A DNA stretch of 64,000 bases from Candidatus Latescibacterota bacterium (lineage in GTDB: Bacteria > Latescibacterota > UBA2968): positions 416,001 through 480,000 of the forward strand of contig OZ242320.1 in the NCBI GenBank assembly GCA_965208125.1, in the 5' to 3' direction. Below are positions 1 through 9,531 of this stretch, one piece after another. A program made the translations under genes and the position numbers. Numbering within the stretch: the stretch's first letter is position 1; each line of letters begins with the position of its first letter. Under the pieces are notes generated by a model. That model was not told the DNA's origin. It saw only the letters and a program-made list of their open reading frames with translations, and made no database searches.

Positions 1-273
1 ATTAAACGTGCCCGAATGATCGCCCCCCGTGCCACAAGTATCGACAATCACATCGTGCTTTGTCACAATAGGCGTTGCCTTCTCGCGCATCACAGACGCG
101 GCCCCGGCAATCTCATCAACACTCTCCCCCTTCACGCGCAACGCAATCAAAAGCGCGCCGATCTGCGCATCTGTCGCCTCGCCCGACATAATCTGATTCA
201 TCGCATCTGTCATCTCACCCCGGCTCAAATCTTCGCCTTCGATCACTTTTGCAATCGCCTCTTGTATGTTCAT
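1..273 (-). CDS. trpD: Anthranilate phosphoribosyltransferase, N-terminal part (runs off the window)
   Basis: Manual translation MNIQEAIAKVIEGEDLSRGEM...IVDTCGTGGDHSGTFN contains the DTCGTGGD PRPP-binding motif; RBS GAGGA upstream; follows trpG. Not in the ORF track. Confidence 0.95.
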   Translation of the reverse strand, partial: MNIQEAIAKVIEGEDLSRGEMTDAMNQIMSGEATDAQIGALLIALRVKGESVDEIAGAASVMREKATPIVTKHDVIVDTCGTGGDHSGTFN

Positions 274-309
274 ACTCATCTCCTCGGTCAAAAAAATTTG
301 AGGATAAGC

Positions 310-873
310 TCACGCATTGAGAAAATTTTGCAGCAAATTCTTACCTTCACCCGTCAAAATCGATTCTGGGTGAAACTGCACGCCATCTACAGCCATATCT
401 CGATGGCGCAAGCCCATAATCACGCCATCATCGGTCTCTGCCATAATTTCCAGACAATCGGGAAGGCTGTCTCTCTCCACTATCAAAGAGTGATAGCGCG
501 TGGCAATAAACGGCTCAGGTAATCCCTGAAAAATAGACTCTCCGCTATGATGAATCTCCGACACCTTCCCGTGCATAATCGTCGGCGCGCCCACAATTTT
601 CCCACCAAACGCCTGTCCAATAGATTGATGTCCCAAACAAACCCCTAAAATTGGAATTTTTCCTGCAAAATGCTGTACCAGAGCCACGGAAATCCCCGCT
701 TCGTTTGGCGTGCACGGCCCCGGAGAAATCACGATCTTCTCGGGCGCAATATCCGCAATCTCTTCGAGGGAGATCTGATCATTGCGATATACCACCAGAT
801 CCGCACCCAGTTCGCCGAGATATTGAACGAGGTTATAAGTAAAAGAATCGTAATTATCAATGACGAGAATCAC
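310..873 (-). CDS. trpG: Anthranilate synthase component II (glutamine amidotransferase)
   Basis: [23 protein letters not shown] and QFHPES motifs; overlaps the trpE stop. Confidence 0.95.
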   Translation of the reverse strand: MILVIDNYDSFTYNLVQYLGELGADLVVYRNDQISLEEIADIAPEKIVISPGPCTPNEAGISVALVQHFAGKIPILGVCLGHQSIGQAFGGKIVGAPTIMHGKVSEIHHSGESIFQGLPEPFIATRYHSLIVERDSLPDCLEIMAETDDGVIMGLRHRDMAVDGVQFHPESILTGEGKNLLQNFLNA

Positions 874-2345
874 AACAACTCTCCTCCCTCAGCCATTTCT
901 ACCGCCCGAAACAATGCTCGTGCTTTGTTCACGGTCTCCTGATATTCGTATTCAGGCTCGGAATCGAACACCACGCCACCCCCTGCCTGCACATACGCTT
1001 TGCCATCCTTAATCACCATCGTGCGAATGGCAATGCACGTATCCATATTGCCCGCAAAATCGATATAACCCACCGCACCGGCATAAGGCCCGCGGCGCGT
1101 TGGCTCCATCTCGTCGATAATCTCCATCGCTCGAATCTTCGGTGCGCCCGACACTGTACCAGCCGGATAACAGGCAAAAAGCGCATCCAGCGCATCGACA
1201 CCCTCGTGCAATTCGCCGCGCACATTCGAAACGATATGCATCACATGTGAATAGCGTTCAATCGTCATCTGCTCGGTCACGCGCACCGTATCAAACTTTG
1301 AGACGCGCCCCACATCATTGCGCCCCAAATCCACCAGCATAATATGCTCGGCGCATTCTTTTTCATCGGCCAACAACTCCTGTGACAGTACCTGATCCTC
1401 TGCCTCTGTTTTGCCGCGCCACCGCGTCCCTGCAATGGGGCGCACCTGCACCACGCCATCCTCTACCCTGACGAGCAACTCGGGCGACGCGCCCACGAGT
1501 TGATGATCTTTTAAATCGACGTGAAACATATAAGGCGACGGATTCACTGTCCGCAACGCCCGATAAATATCCAGCGCATCCACCGTCACATCCATTGCAA
1601 AGCGCTGTGAAGGCACCACCTGAAAAATATCACCTGCCACGATGTATTCCCTACAATGCGCCACCACATCCATATACGCTTCTTTGCTCGTATTTGAAGT
1701 CACCTCGCACGAACTCGTTCCAGGCTTCAGGGATGCATCCACCGGTTGCGCCAGTGTCTCGATAAGTGCATCGATCCGCTTGACTGCATCTGCGTAATTT
1801 GCCTCCAGATCGCCCTCTGTATGCACATTGGCCATCACATGCACTTTGTGCGTCACATTGTCAAACGCCAGCACCGAATCGTAAAAGGAAAAAAATATAT
1901 CGTCAAAATCGAGATCGTCTTCAACTGTCTCGGGAATGCGCTCAATCAAACGCACGGCATCGTAGCTCACATAGCCTACAGCACCACCTGTAAATCGAGG
2001 AAACCCCTCCACATGTTGCGAATGATATTTTTTTAACAACCCCCGCAATACCTCAATAGGCTCCCCTTCAAATATTCGCAGTTCACCCGTCGTCGCATGT
2101 TCAACAAAAATTTTTGTTCCGCGCGAACGAAAAACCAAAAACGGATCCACGCCCAAAAACGAATACCGCCCAATTTGCTCGCCGCCCACCACGCTTTCAA
2201 ACAAAAACGCATGAGACGACTTTGCGCGAATTTTCAAATAGGCCGAAACGGGCGTCTCTGTATCCGCGAGAATTTCTCTTGAAATGGGAACGAGACCACA
2301 GCCTTTGCTCAACTTCTCGACAGTTTTGAGATCGGGTTGAATCAC
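870..2345 (-). CDS. trpE: Anthranilate synthase component I
   Basis: [38 protein letters not shown] and [10 protein letters not shown] motifs. Confidence 0.96.
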   Translation of the reverse strand: MIQPDLKTVEKLSKGCGLVPISREILADTETPVSAYLKIRAKSSHAFLFESVVGGEQIGRYSFLGVDPFLVFRSRGTKIFVEHATTGELRIFEGEPIEVLRGLLKKYHSQHVEGFPRFTGGAVGYVSYDAVRLIERIPETVEDDLDFDDIFFSFYDSVLAFDNVTHKVHVMANVHTEGDLEANYADAVKRIDALIETLAQPVDASLKPGTSSCEVTSNTSKEAYMDVVAHCREYIVAGDIFQVVPSQRFAMDVTVDALDIYRALRTVNPSPYMFHVDLKDHQLVGASPELLVRVEDGVVQVRPIAGTRWRGKTEAEDQVLSQELLADEKECAEHIMLVDLGRNDVGRVSKFDTVRVTEQMTIERYSHVMHIVSNVRGELHEGVDALDALFACYPAGTVSGAPKIRAMEIIDEMEPTRRGPYAGAVGYIDFAGNMDTCIAIRTMVIKDGKAYVQAGGGVVFDSEPEYEYQETVNKARALFRAVEMAEGGELL

Positions 2346-2357
2346 TGGAAAATCCTT

Positions 2358-2397
2358 AAAAAAAATAAAAAGGTCGTGAGCAGTTTGCCCACGACCT
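2358..2397 (-). terminator. Attenuator terminator hairpin upstream of trpE
   Basis: Minus-strand RNA AGGUCGUGGGCA-AAC-UGCUCACGACCU (12-bp stem, one G-U) followed by UUUUAUUUUUUUU, then the trpE RBS (AAGGA). Confidence 0.9.
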
Positions 2398-2423
2398 CGT
2401 ACTTTTATTCTCTTACATCACAC

Positions 2424-2528
2424 TTAAAACGCAGGACAAACCACACTCTTGGACGGGCGGCGATAATAATAATATCGGCCGTCAAATCGACGCCAAAAAT
2501 ACCAGAAGTAGGATGTCAAAACGTTCAT
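2424..2528 (-). CDS. trpL: Attenuation leader peptide, 34 aa, MNVLTSYFWYFWRRFDGRYYYYRRPSKSVVCPAF
   Basis: Manual translation, ATG 2528 to TAA 2424; 12 of 34 codons are aromatic (2 W, 4 F, 6 Y); ends 26 nt before the terminator hairpin. Confidence 0.85.
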   Translation of the reverse strand: MNVLTSYFWYFWRRFDGRYYYYRRPSKSVVCPAF

Positions 2529-2567
2529 TTTAGAGTCCAATTTTCAGTTAAAACAGACACAACGTTA

Positions 2568-2795
2568 TTAGACAAGTTCTTCAGCCGGGATAGTTCTTAA
2601 AAGGGTTTTCATCACTTTTTTTGCATTAAAGATATCAACCAGATAAACCTGATCGTCTTTAAATTCAACAGTAAAACCATCGCCTTCGATCACCTGATCA
2701 GATACACCTCGCATATCTCGCCGAAAAAAAAGAATATTTCCGGTTTCAGGATCGATCTTTTTTTCAAAGAGTTCAGGTCTAAAATTTAAATCCAT
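2568..2795 (-). CDS. DUF2283-like small protein, putative antitoxin
   Basis: 75 aa; ..DPETGNILFF..GDGFTVEFKDDQVYLVDIFNAKK fits the DUF2283 pattern; overlaps the upstream toxin-like gene. Confidence 0.6.
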   Translation of the reverse strand: MDLNFRPELFEKKIDPETGNILFFRRDMRGVSDQVIEGDGFTVEFKDDQVYLVDIFNAKKVMKTLLRTIPAEELV

Positions 2796-3031
2796 CTTTT
2801 TGTCTTCTGTCGGTTGTCAATAGTTTTTTGATCTGTTCGATAAATTGTAATAAGATTTTTATTGTCCGGATCAATGACAAGAACGAATAGTATGCCCGTA
2901 ATGCGAATGATTTTGATATCGGTGCTTTGAGTTTTGTCGTAGAAGGTGTGTATTGAACTGCTTTTTGTTACAGCATCTGGATCAATTTCATAAAGTTTAA
3001 GTTTATCGAGAGCGTGTTGAGTAAAATTCAT
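2786..3031 (-). CDS. DUF4258/RelE-BrnT-like small protein, putative toxin
   Basis: MNFTQHALDKL start and ..LVID...LITIY end are typical of this fold; AT-rich; ATG 3031 preferred over the track start. Confidence 0.6.
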   Translation of the reverse strand: MNFTQHALDKLKLYEIDPDAVTKSSSIHTFYDKTQSTDIKIIRITGILFVLVIDPDNKNLITIYRTDQKTIDNRQKTKRWI

Positions 3032-3045
3032 TATCGAATGCGCCA

Positions 3046-3075
3046 AAGATAACAAATTCTAAAACAAATTGTCAA
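3046..3075 (-). promoter_or_regulatory. Putative sigma70 promoter of the TA-like pair
   Basis: TTGACA (3075-3070), 18-nt spacer, TATCTT (3051-3046). Confidence 0.5.
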
Positions 3076-3084
3076 GAAGGAAGT

Positions 3085-3855
3085 TTATTCATGACCGTCA
3101 ATCGTGCCCACCTCAATTTTCAACTCATCGCGGTCAATAATGCGATCTACACGGCCATCGCGCACCCACACCACGCGGTCGGATACCGACAGCATCTTGT
3201 GATCGTGCGTCGCTGAAATCACGGTCACGCCCGACTCCTCGTTCATCTGGCGCAACAGTTCAATAATCTCCCGCCCCGTATTCAAATCGAGATTCCCAGT
3301 AGGTTCGTCAGCCAGAATGATCGCTGGATCGTTGGCAAAAGCCCGCGCAACAGCCACGCGCTGCTGCTGACCACCTGAAAGCTCAAAAGGCTTGTGCATC
3401 ACGCGTTCGCCCAGACCGACCTGTGTCAACAATTCTACACCCTTGTCGCGTGCCTCGTCGCTCGTCAGCCCGGCAAACACCATCGGCAGGGTCACATTCT
3501 CAAGCGCCGTCATCACCGGAATCAAATTATATGATTGAAAAATATAACCGATCTTCCGACAGCGCAACCATGCGAGTTCATAAGCGTCGAGTTGGGCCAC
3601 ATCGACATCGTCGATGTAAACTTTGCCCTCGGTCGGTTTGTCCAATCCCCCCACCATATTAAATAGAGTACTCTTCCCCGACCCAGAAGGTCCCATGATA
3701 GACAGATATTCGCCCTGCGTTACCTCCAGATCCACACCTTTGAGCGCGTGAATCTGCTCTTCGCCCATTATATACACCTTTTTCACATCCTGCGTGCGTA
3801 CAACTGTTGCCTCTTCGGCCTCTGCATTTGTTTCTGTTTTCTCTTCGGCAGCCAT
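3085..3855 (-). CDS. ABC transporter ATP-binding protein (LolD/MacB-like)
   Basis: GPSGSGKST, LSGGQQQRV and ILADEPTGNLD motifs; ATG 3855 preferred. Confidence 0.92.
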   Translation of the reverse strand: MAAEEKTETNAEAEEATVVRTQDVKKVYIMGEEQIHALKGVDLEVTQGEYLSIMGPSGSGKSTLFNMVGGLDKPTEGKVYIDDVDVAQLDAYELAWLRCRKIGYIFQSYNLIPVMTALENVTLPMVFAGLTSDEARDKGVELLTQVGLGERVMHKPFELSGGQQQRVAVARAFANDPAIILADEPTGNLDLNTGREIIELLRQMNEESGVTVISATHDHKMLSVSDRVVWVRDGRVDRIIDRDELKIEVGTIDGHE

Positions 3856-3881
3856 AAAACACCTCACAATCGGTTTGTCAT

Positions 3882-4553
3882 TTAAACTTCCAACGACATC
3901 GCATCGACCGGCTCCATCTTGGCAGCGCGATAGGCCGGCAAAATACCGCCAATCAGCGACAAAACAGAACCAATAACAATAGCTTTAATACCATCTTCAA
4001 GAATTTGAGCCAGAGGAAGGTGATCGAAAATCACCGTACCAAAACTCGACATATTGAGCAATGCAGTCAGCAAAAACCCAATGACCACGCCAATGACCGT
4101 GCCTGCAGTACCCATAAACGTCGATTCGAGAATAAACAGCTTAATAATAAATCCGTCCAATGCGCCCATACACTTCATGGTGCCAATCTCGCGGAACCGC
4201 TCGGTAACAGACATCAGCATAGCATTGGCAATACCCACCAAACACACGAGCAGTGACAACACCACCAGCCATGCATCCTTTGACCGTTGCTGCATTGCGG
4301 CGGCACTGTCGGGATCAATTTCAACGCCCTTTTGCTGCAAGATCAAGTTAATCTTGGGATCGCTGGCAGCCATCAAACCGTCAATAATGGCATTGCCTGC
4401 CCAAATCGACATTAAAAAAGCGATAGCAAGCACAATGCCACTCACCGTAATCAAAGACCGACCAAATCGGATCTTAACGCTATTAAAGCTGATCTCAACA
4501 GCTTTGGAAAGCGGAAGAGATATCTGGGTATTGAGTTCGTGCTGCTCTGCCAT
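3882..4553 (-). CDS. FtsX/MacB-like ABC permease with a very short periplasmic loop
   Basis: About 4 TM segments; ANAMLMSVTERFREIGTMKCMGA and PAYRAAKMEPVDA FtsX signatures; GGAGG RBS before ATG 4553. Confidence 0.85.
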   Translation of the reverse strand: MAEQHELNTQISLPLSKAVEISFNSVKIRFGRSLITVSGIVLAIAFLMSIWAGNAIIDGLMAASDPKINLILQQKGVEIDPDSAAAMQQRSKDAWLVVLSLLVCLVGIANAMLMSVTERFREIGTMKCMGALDGFIIKLFILESTFMGTAGTVIGVVIGFLLTALLNMSSFGTVIFDHLPLAQILEDGIKAIVIGSVLSLIGGILPAYRAAKMEPVDAMSLEV

Positions 4554-4594
4554 AAACGCCTCCAGTAACAAAAAAATTGCACAAATCAATGCTC

Positions 4595-4623
4595 AACATA
4601 AAAGCCAATTGCCCCTCTGTCAA
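4595..4623 (-). promoter_or_regulatory. Putative sigma70 promoter for the permease/ATPase pair
   Basis: TTGACA (4623-4618), 17-nt spacer, TATGTT (4600-4595). Confidence 0.55.
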
Positions 4624-4638
4624 GCCAAAATACCAGAC

Positions 4639-5358
4639 TTATTTATTTTTGGCGTTGGTCTTTTTTCTCAAAAAATAGAATGTCAACAATTGCTTGAGAA
4701 ACAAATAGTACTCAGTCCAGTTCAATTTGCTGCTGCTGTGTTGCCGGTTGCGAAACACGAAGGGCACCTCCATAAAAGACTTATATTGCCCCTTGACCAG
4801 AATCTCCAGCAAAATTTTATACCCCGGCGAAGTCAATACCAGGTCTTTAATGACGCGCCGATGCAAGAAAAAATAGCCCGCCAGTGGGTCTTGTACACCG
4901 GTTAATTGCCGGGCGAGAAATACCCCCAATTGAGAAATAATCCTGCGGTACCAGGCCCATTGTTCGACGTGGCTCTCCGAATCAAATCGGCTGCCAATAG
5001 CCAGATCGTGATTTCGCAACCCGTAAATGAGTTGAGGCAAAACAATGGGGTCGTGGCTCAAATCGGCATCCATCACCCCCAAAAGATCTCGCTCTGCCCG
5101 CTCAAAACCGGCCATCACAGCACTGCCCAACCCCAATTTACCGGCGCGGTGAATCACCTGCACTGGATACCGACCCACGAGTGATTCGGCCACCTCACCC
5201 GTACCATCGGGAGAATTGTCATCAACCACAATCAATTCGAGGTCGATGTCGGAATAGTCTTTCAGGACATCGAATATTTCTTCGACCAGCAAGGAAATAT
5301 TCTCGCGCTCGTTATAGGTGGGCGTAATCAGAGAAATGCGGAGTGTACTATCAGACAT
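4639..5358 (-). CDS. GT2 polyprenol monophosphomannose synthase (Dpm1-like)
   Basis: PTYNEREN, VVDDNSPDGT, MDADLSHDP and GYKILLEIL motifs. Confidence 0.9.
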   Translation of the reverse strand: MSDSTLRISLITPTYNERENISLLVEEIFDVLKDYSDIDLELIVVDDNSPDGTGEVAESLVGRYPVQVIHRAGKLGLGSAVMAGFERAERDLLGVMDADLSHDPIVLPQLIYGLRNHDLAIGSRFDSESHVEQWAWYRRIISQLGVFLARQLTGVQDPLAGYFFLHRRVIKDLVLTSPGYKILLEILVKGQYKSFMEVPFVFRNRQHSSSKLNWTEYYLFLKQLLTFYFLRKKTNAKNK

Positions 5359-6247
5359 AGGTATTGGCGATCTTTTGGAAAACGCCCTTTAATTGCCCCA
5401 AATTATGCTCAAAAGAGGCAGGCGCAATATCACATAATGTCCTGGCAAGTTCTATTGTCAACCCGGCTCGCAGCGGACGCTGTGCGGCCCGCCCAAATTC
5501 TGCAGACGTTACGGCAGACACCAGCGAAAGGTCAAGCCCCATAACCACACAAACCCGCTCGACCATTTCAAAGCGCGTCAAAAAATCTGTCCCACCAAAA
5601 TGCACCACACCGCGAAAGTCCGTGCGACACAATTTTAATATAAATGCGGCGAGTTCATCGACAAAAGTCGGATTCGTCCACTCGTCTGTCACCACGCGAA
5701 TCGCCTCGCGGCCCGCCAGCGATGAAATGGCCCAGGTCACAAAATTGGGCCGACAAGACGGGCGAAAACCGTACAACACCGCCGTTCGTACCACAATGCC
5801 GGGACAATGTGCATTCAACAGAATAACTTCGCTTTCTAACTTGGTCTGTCCATACACGTTCACCGGATGTGCTTCATCGCCCTCGGCATAAGGTCCCTTC
5901 TCTCCATCAAACACATAATTGGTCGATAAGTTCACCAGACCACATCCAATCCGTTCACACGCTTGAACCAAATTGCGCGTTCCATCGACGTGTATCGCAC
6001 GTGCAAGCGCGGGATTTCGCTCACATCCATCAACGCTTGTCATAGCTGCTGAATTGATCACCCACCTCGGGCGCACCTGCGCTACCACCTCGTGAACCAA
6101 ATCGGGCCGTGTCAAATCTACGACGAGATGTCCCTTTTGACCGCTACGCGACGCAGGTACTCGCTCCCAATCATCGCAGGATGCATCGCAAAGCGCGTGC
6201 CCTAAAAAGCCCGATGCGCCGACAATGAGCAATCGATTATTAGCCAT
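5351..6247 (-). CDS. rfbD: dTDP-4-dehydrorhamnose reductase family protein
   Basis: GASGFLG, STNYVFDG and YGQTK motifs; start MANNR at 6247 is coupled to the upstream stop (TAATG). Confidence 0.85.
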   Translation of the reverse strand: MANNRLLIVGASGFLGHALCDASCDDWERVPASRSGQKGHLVVDLTRPDLVHEVVAQVRPRWVINSAAMTSVDGCERNPALARAIHVDGTRNLVQACERIGCGLVNLSTNYVFDGEKGPYAEGDEAHPVNVYGQTKLESEVILLNAHCPGIVVRTAVLYGFRPSCRPNFVTWAISSLAGREAIRVVTDEWTNPTFVDELAAFILKLCRTDFRGVVHFGGTDFLTRFEMVERVCVVMGLDLSLVSAVTSAEFGRAAQRPLRAGLTIELARTLCDIAPASFEHNLGQLKGVFQKIANTYV

Positions 6248-7707
6248 TAGTTTTCGCTTTCCCGCACAAATAATGCCAATCCGCGATTCAGCGCACCAGC
6301 ATATCCAATACGATCTATATTGGGTCCAATCAGAGCCGTCAAAATTGTCTCTGCCCGATCTCGATAATGCGGCTTTTTCGTATGCACAAAAAGCCGCATT
6401 AAAACCTGCGCCGCCACACCATTTCCCGAAGGCAACCACCGATCAATAGCGGGCGAGAGCGCCTCATCGGTCTCGGGGATTCGGTCTCTCAAAGCGCCCG
6501 AAGAATCGGCAAAAGCTGTCATAACCCGATCGGCATGCGCCCGCGCAAATAACAAATCTGCCCGGCGTTCTTGCACCTCAAACAAATCGAGGGCAGCGCG
6601 AATGATTAAAACTTGATCCAGCAAAAAATGGGGTGTTATCAGAGATCCCGCGTGGGCAAACAGGCTATCTTCCTGCACAAAGCGCGTCTTAACCGCTTCA
6701 AAAATTCGCCGCCCAGCATCTAAAAAACGCGCCTCGCGAGTTTCGAGAAACGCCGCGCACAAGCCCGAAACTGCCAGTGCATTCCAGCCCGAATAAACCT
6801 CTGCATCCCGCAATATATTTCCCGCCTGATCTCGAAAACCCGTCAGCCCGGCCCCCAGTAAAACATCTCCAGATAAGGCAAACTGTTCGAGCACTGCATC
6901 AGCCAGATCGCGGGACAAATTTACCTGTGCAAATGCCCGCAATAATTGAGCATTGACCGCCATGTGTTTTTCTGCATCAATCACAGGCCCGCGATCTGTT
7001 AATACCCCCAACACATAAACGCCATCTGTATCGCGTCGTGCGCTGTGTGCAAAATTGATCAAAGGCGAATCAATACCCGCTTCTGCAAGTGCGAGAAGAC
7101 CTTCCGGACCTGGATCAAAACCGCTTTTTACCACCGATTTCAAACTATCGCGCACGCGGTGCAAAAGCGCTGTGCTGGGATTGATACGAGGGCGCGGATT
7201 TTTCTTTTTATCGCGTACTGCTCGCCGCTTCAACTCTGCCCGCTGCACCTCGAGCCTGACGAGTCTATCGGGGTTATCGTACAAAATTTGCACCCACCGC
7301 AACAGGTCTGTCATATCCTCGGGATCGAGATAGGTGCTACCCGTAATCCACTGTCCATCGGGCGTTAAAAAAGAGAGAGATGGAATCCCGCCCAGACCAA
7401 AACGCTCAAACAAATCGGGCCGTTGATCGGCATCAACCCATATTGGCAGAGTGTAACGGGCAATCGCCCGCGCAATTTCTGAATCTTCAAAACACCGCGC
7501 TACCAGATCGCGGCACCAAACCGACCGTTGCGTGTACAAAAACAATAAAATGGGGCGCCCGAGTATTCGGGCAGAATCTCTTTGGCTCCATGTTCGCCAG
7601 CTTATTCTTCCACCATCCAACGCCGTTACATCTAATTTTGTCGCCTCATCTCCCCCGACACATGCTAAAAACCCCAACACGAGCGCGATCCAGATATTTT
7701 GCCGCAT
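6247..7707 (-). CDS. DUF255/YyaL-like thioredoxin-domain plus (alpha/alpha)6 protein, probable lipoprotein
   Basis: Lipobox-like FLAC; ISWRTW, VDADQRPDL, GGIPSLSFLTPDG, WNALAVSGL and PSGNGVAA motifs. Confidence 0.75.
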   Translation of the reverse strand: MRQNIWIALVLGFLACVGGDEATKLDVTALDGGRISWRTWSQRDSARILGRPILLFLYTQRSVWCRDLVARCFEDSEIARAIARYTLPIWVDADQRPDLFERFGLGGIPSLSFLTPDGQWITGSTYLDPEDMTDLLRWVQILYDNPDRLVRLEVQRAELKRRAVRDKKKNPRPRINPSTALLHRVRDSLKSVVKSGFDPGPEGLLALAEAGIDSPLINFAHSARRDTDGVYVLGVLTDRGPVIDAEKHMAVNAQLLRAFAQVNLSRDLADAVLEQFALSGDVLLGAGLTGFRDQAGNILRDAEVYSGWNALAVSGLCAAFLETREARFLDAGRRIFEAVKTRFVQEDSLFAHAGSLITPHFLLDQVLIIRAALDLFEVQERRADLLFARAHADRVMTAFADSSGALRDRIPETDEALSPAIDRWLPSGNGVAAQVLMRLFVHTKKPHYRDRAETILTALIGPNIDRIGYAGALNRGLALFVRESEN

Positions 7708-7853
7708 AACGACCTGCGTGTGACCAGTATTGATAATGTTTCTAAAAAATGTGGAACTCGCTGCTTGGGAAAACGTATAAACCGTTCAAAAAAGGCTTGA
7801 CACATGGGAAGGATTTGCTGAAGTTTTAAAATACTTCAGAAACGGGACAAAGC

Positions 7854-8117
7854 CTATTGAGACGCGAATTTTTCTATTGGAATAGCTTCGTCGATCAACA
7901 TAATGGGAATCGCGTCCTGAATGGGATATAAAAAGACGTGATCTTCGCGCACCAGGCCCCCATCAATTGGCTGTGCAATTTTTTGCCCGCCCCGGTTTTT
8001 AACCTCGCCTTTTGCAATCGCGCGGTTGATGGTGTCAATCAGCGGTTGATCGGCCAATTTCACGGGCGTTTTGTTCTCTGGACAGGCCAAAATATCGAGT
8101 AGGTCTTGATCAATCAC
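7854..8117 (-). CDS. Trm112-family protein
   Basis: LLDILACP...YPIQDAIPIMLIDEA. Confidence 0.85.
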   Translation of the reverse strand: MIDQDLLDILACPENKTPVKLADQPLIDTINRAIAKGEVKNRGGQKIAQPIDGGLVREDHVFLYPIQDAIPIMLIDEAIPIEKFASQ

Positions 8118-8331
8118 AGTTCTTCCCTTTCATCAATCAAAAATTCGTGACCTGAAAATAGGCAACACGCGAGTCTCAAACAAGCGGTTTTTTTGATCTT
8201 ATCTCACCATTAATCAGGGAATTTGTCTATCGCATCACCGCTAAAGCGCTGTTTTTTCTCAGTAAAATCCCATCGGTCACTTGTCCGATATCCGAGATGT
8301 GTCTGCTTTAGCGCGCGATGTTAGAATGCCC

Positions 8332-8375
8332 CCCGGTTGGCGGCGCGTTCACACGCGCTCACGGCCGGGTTTTTT
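8332..8375 (+). terminator. Terminator-like hairpin in the 5' region of the PorV-like gene
   Basis: CCCGGTTG/CGGCCGGG outer stem, GCGCGT/ACGCGC inner stem, then T6; lies 44 nt before the ATG. Confidence 0.55.
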
Positions 8376-8419
8376 ATATCTTGCAGGCTCTCCGGTCAAT
8401 TCTATAAAGGAGAATCCCC

Positions 8420-9484
8420 ATGAAACACCGCCTTCTCGCCCTTTTCACGCTTGGTATTGGCCTGCTCAGCACCCCAGCTTATGCAACGCCAGAAAGCCAG
8501 GCCGCAGCCACTTTTTTGTTGTTCGCACCATCGGCTCGTGCAGCGGGCATGGGCAATGCGTATGTCGCTATTGCCGATGACGCAAATGCCACGTATTACA
8601 ATCCCGCCGCACTGGCCTCATTACAAATTCACAGTCTCAGTACCACCCTGTACAAACCCGTTCCCCGACTGGCCGGCGACATCTTTTCGTCATTCGGCGC
8701 TTATACACACCCCTTTAGTGGCATTGGCAATCTGGGATATAGCCTCATTTATAGTTCTTTGGGTGAACAAGTACGCACAGATGAAGAGGGAAACACCTTA
8801 GGTACGTTTAAGAGTTACGGCATGGCCCTGGGTGTATCTTATGGCACGCATCTCTTCAAAAATCTGGCACTGGGCATCACGGCTAAGTTTATCCATGAAA
8901 ACCTCTCCGACGCAGGTGCGGGTATTGAGCAAGGCAAAGGTACAGCGACTTCTTTTGCCGGAGATATAGGCCTCATGTGGGCAGCCACAGATCGGCTTAG
9001 CTTCGGCAGCGTGTTGCGCAATGTTGGCCCAAACATGACCTTTATCGATGCTGACCAGGCAGATCCACTGCCGCAAAATTTCGTTTTGGGCATCGCATAC
9101 AAAGTGATCAAAAACAACTCGTCTTCCCTGATGCTCACCGCAGATATTTACAAACCCCTCGCCTCTGATAATTTCTTTTCCTTTATTTCGGGCTGGAACG
9201 ACGACGCCTTTGGCTGGAAGCCCAATCCGGGCGGCAACGGTTTTACAGAATTTGACGATATGGATTACCGCGTAGGTGCCGAATGGATGTACCAGCTTTC
9301 TGAAGATTCGGCTTTTGCCCTGCGCAGTGGCTACTCCTATGACAAAGATGGTAAACGCAACTTTCCCACCTTTGGACTTGGTTTGAAATACAACTGGGCA
9401 AATTTCGATATCTCGTATTTTGTGCCAACTGAAGATACACCTGCCAGCAATACATTCCGCTTCACGGGTGGATTTATATTTTAA
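8420..9484 (+). CDS. PorV/PorQ-family outer-membrane beta-barrel (T9SS-associated)
   Basis: Signal peptide; FLLFAPSARAAGMGNAYVAIADDANATYYNPAAL N-terminal motif; C-terminal Phe. Confidence 0.85.
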   Translation: MKHRLLALFTLGIGLLSTPAYATPESQAAATFLLFAPSARAAGMGNAYVAIADDANATYYNPAALASLQIHSLSTTLYKPVPRLAGDIFSSFGAYTHPFSGIGNLGYSLIYSSLGEQVRTDEEGNTLGTFKSYGMALGVSYGTHLFKNLALGITAKFIHENLSDAGAGIEQGKGTATSFAGDIGLMWAATDRLSFGSVLRNVGPNMTFIDADQADPLPQNFVLGIAYKVIKNNSSSLMLTADIYKPLASDNFFSFISGWNDDAFGWKPNPGGNGFTEFDDMDYRVGAEWMYQLSEDSAFALRSGYSYDKDGKRNFPTFGLGLKYNWANFDISYFVPTEDTPASNTFRFTGGFIF

Positions 9485-9531
9485 TTTTTCAAGGTTCAGA
9501 AACTGACTCCTCTTGCATCAGTTGAAATACA

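Noticed and set aside
2346-2567. T-box riboswitch or TRAP-type control of trpE
   Set aside because: No T-box consensus or (G/U)AG repeat series seen; a leader peptide plus terminator explains the region.
7797-7830. Plus-strand TTGACA as a promoter
   Set aside because: No good -10 element at 16-18 nt and no sense gene directly downstream.
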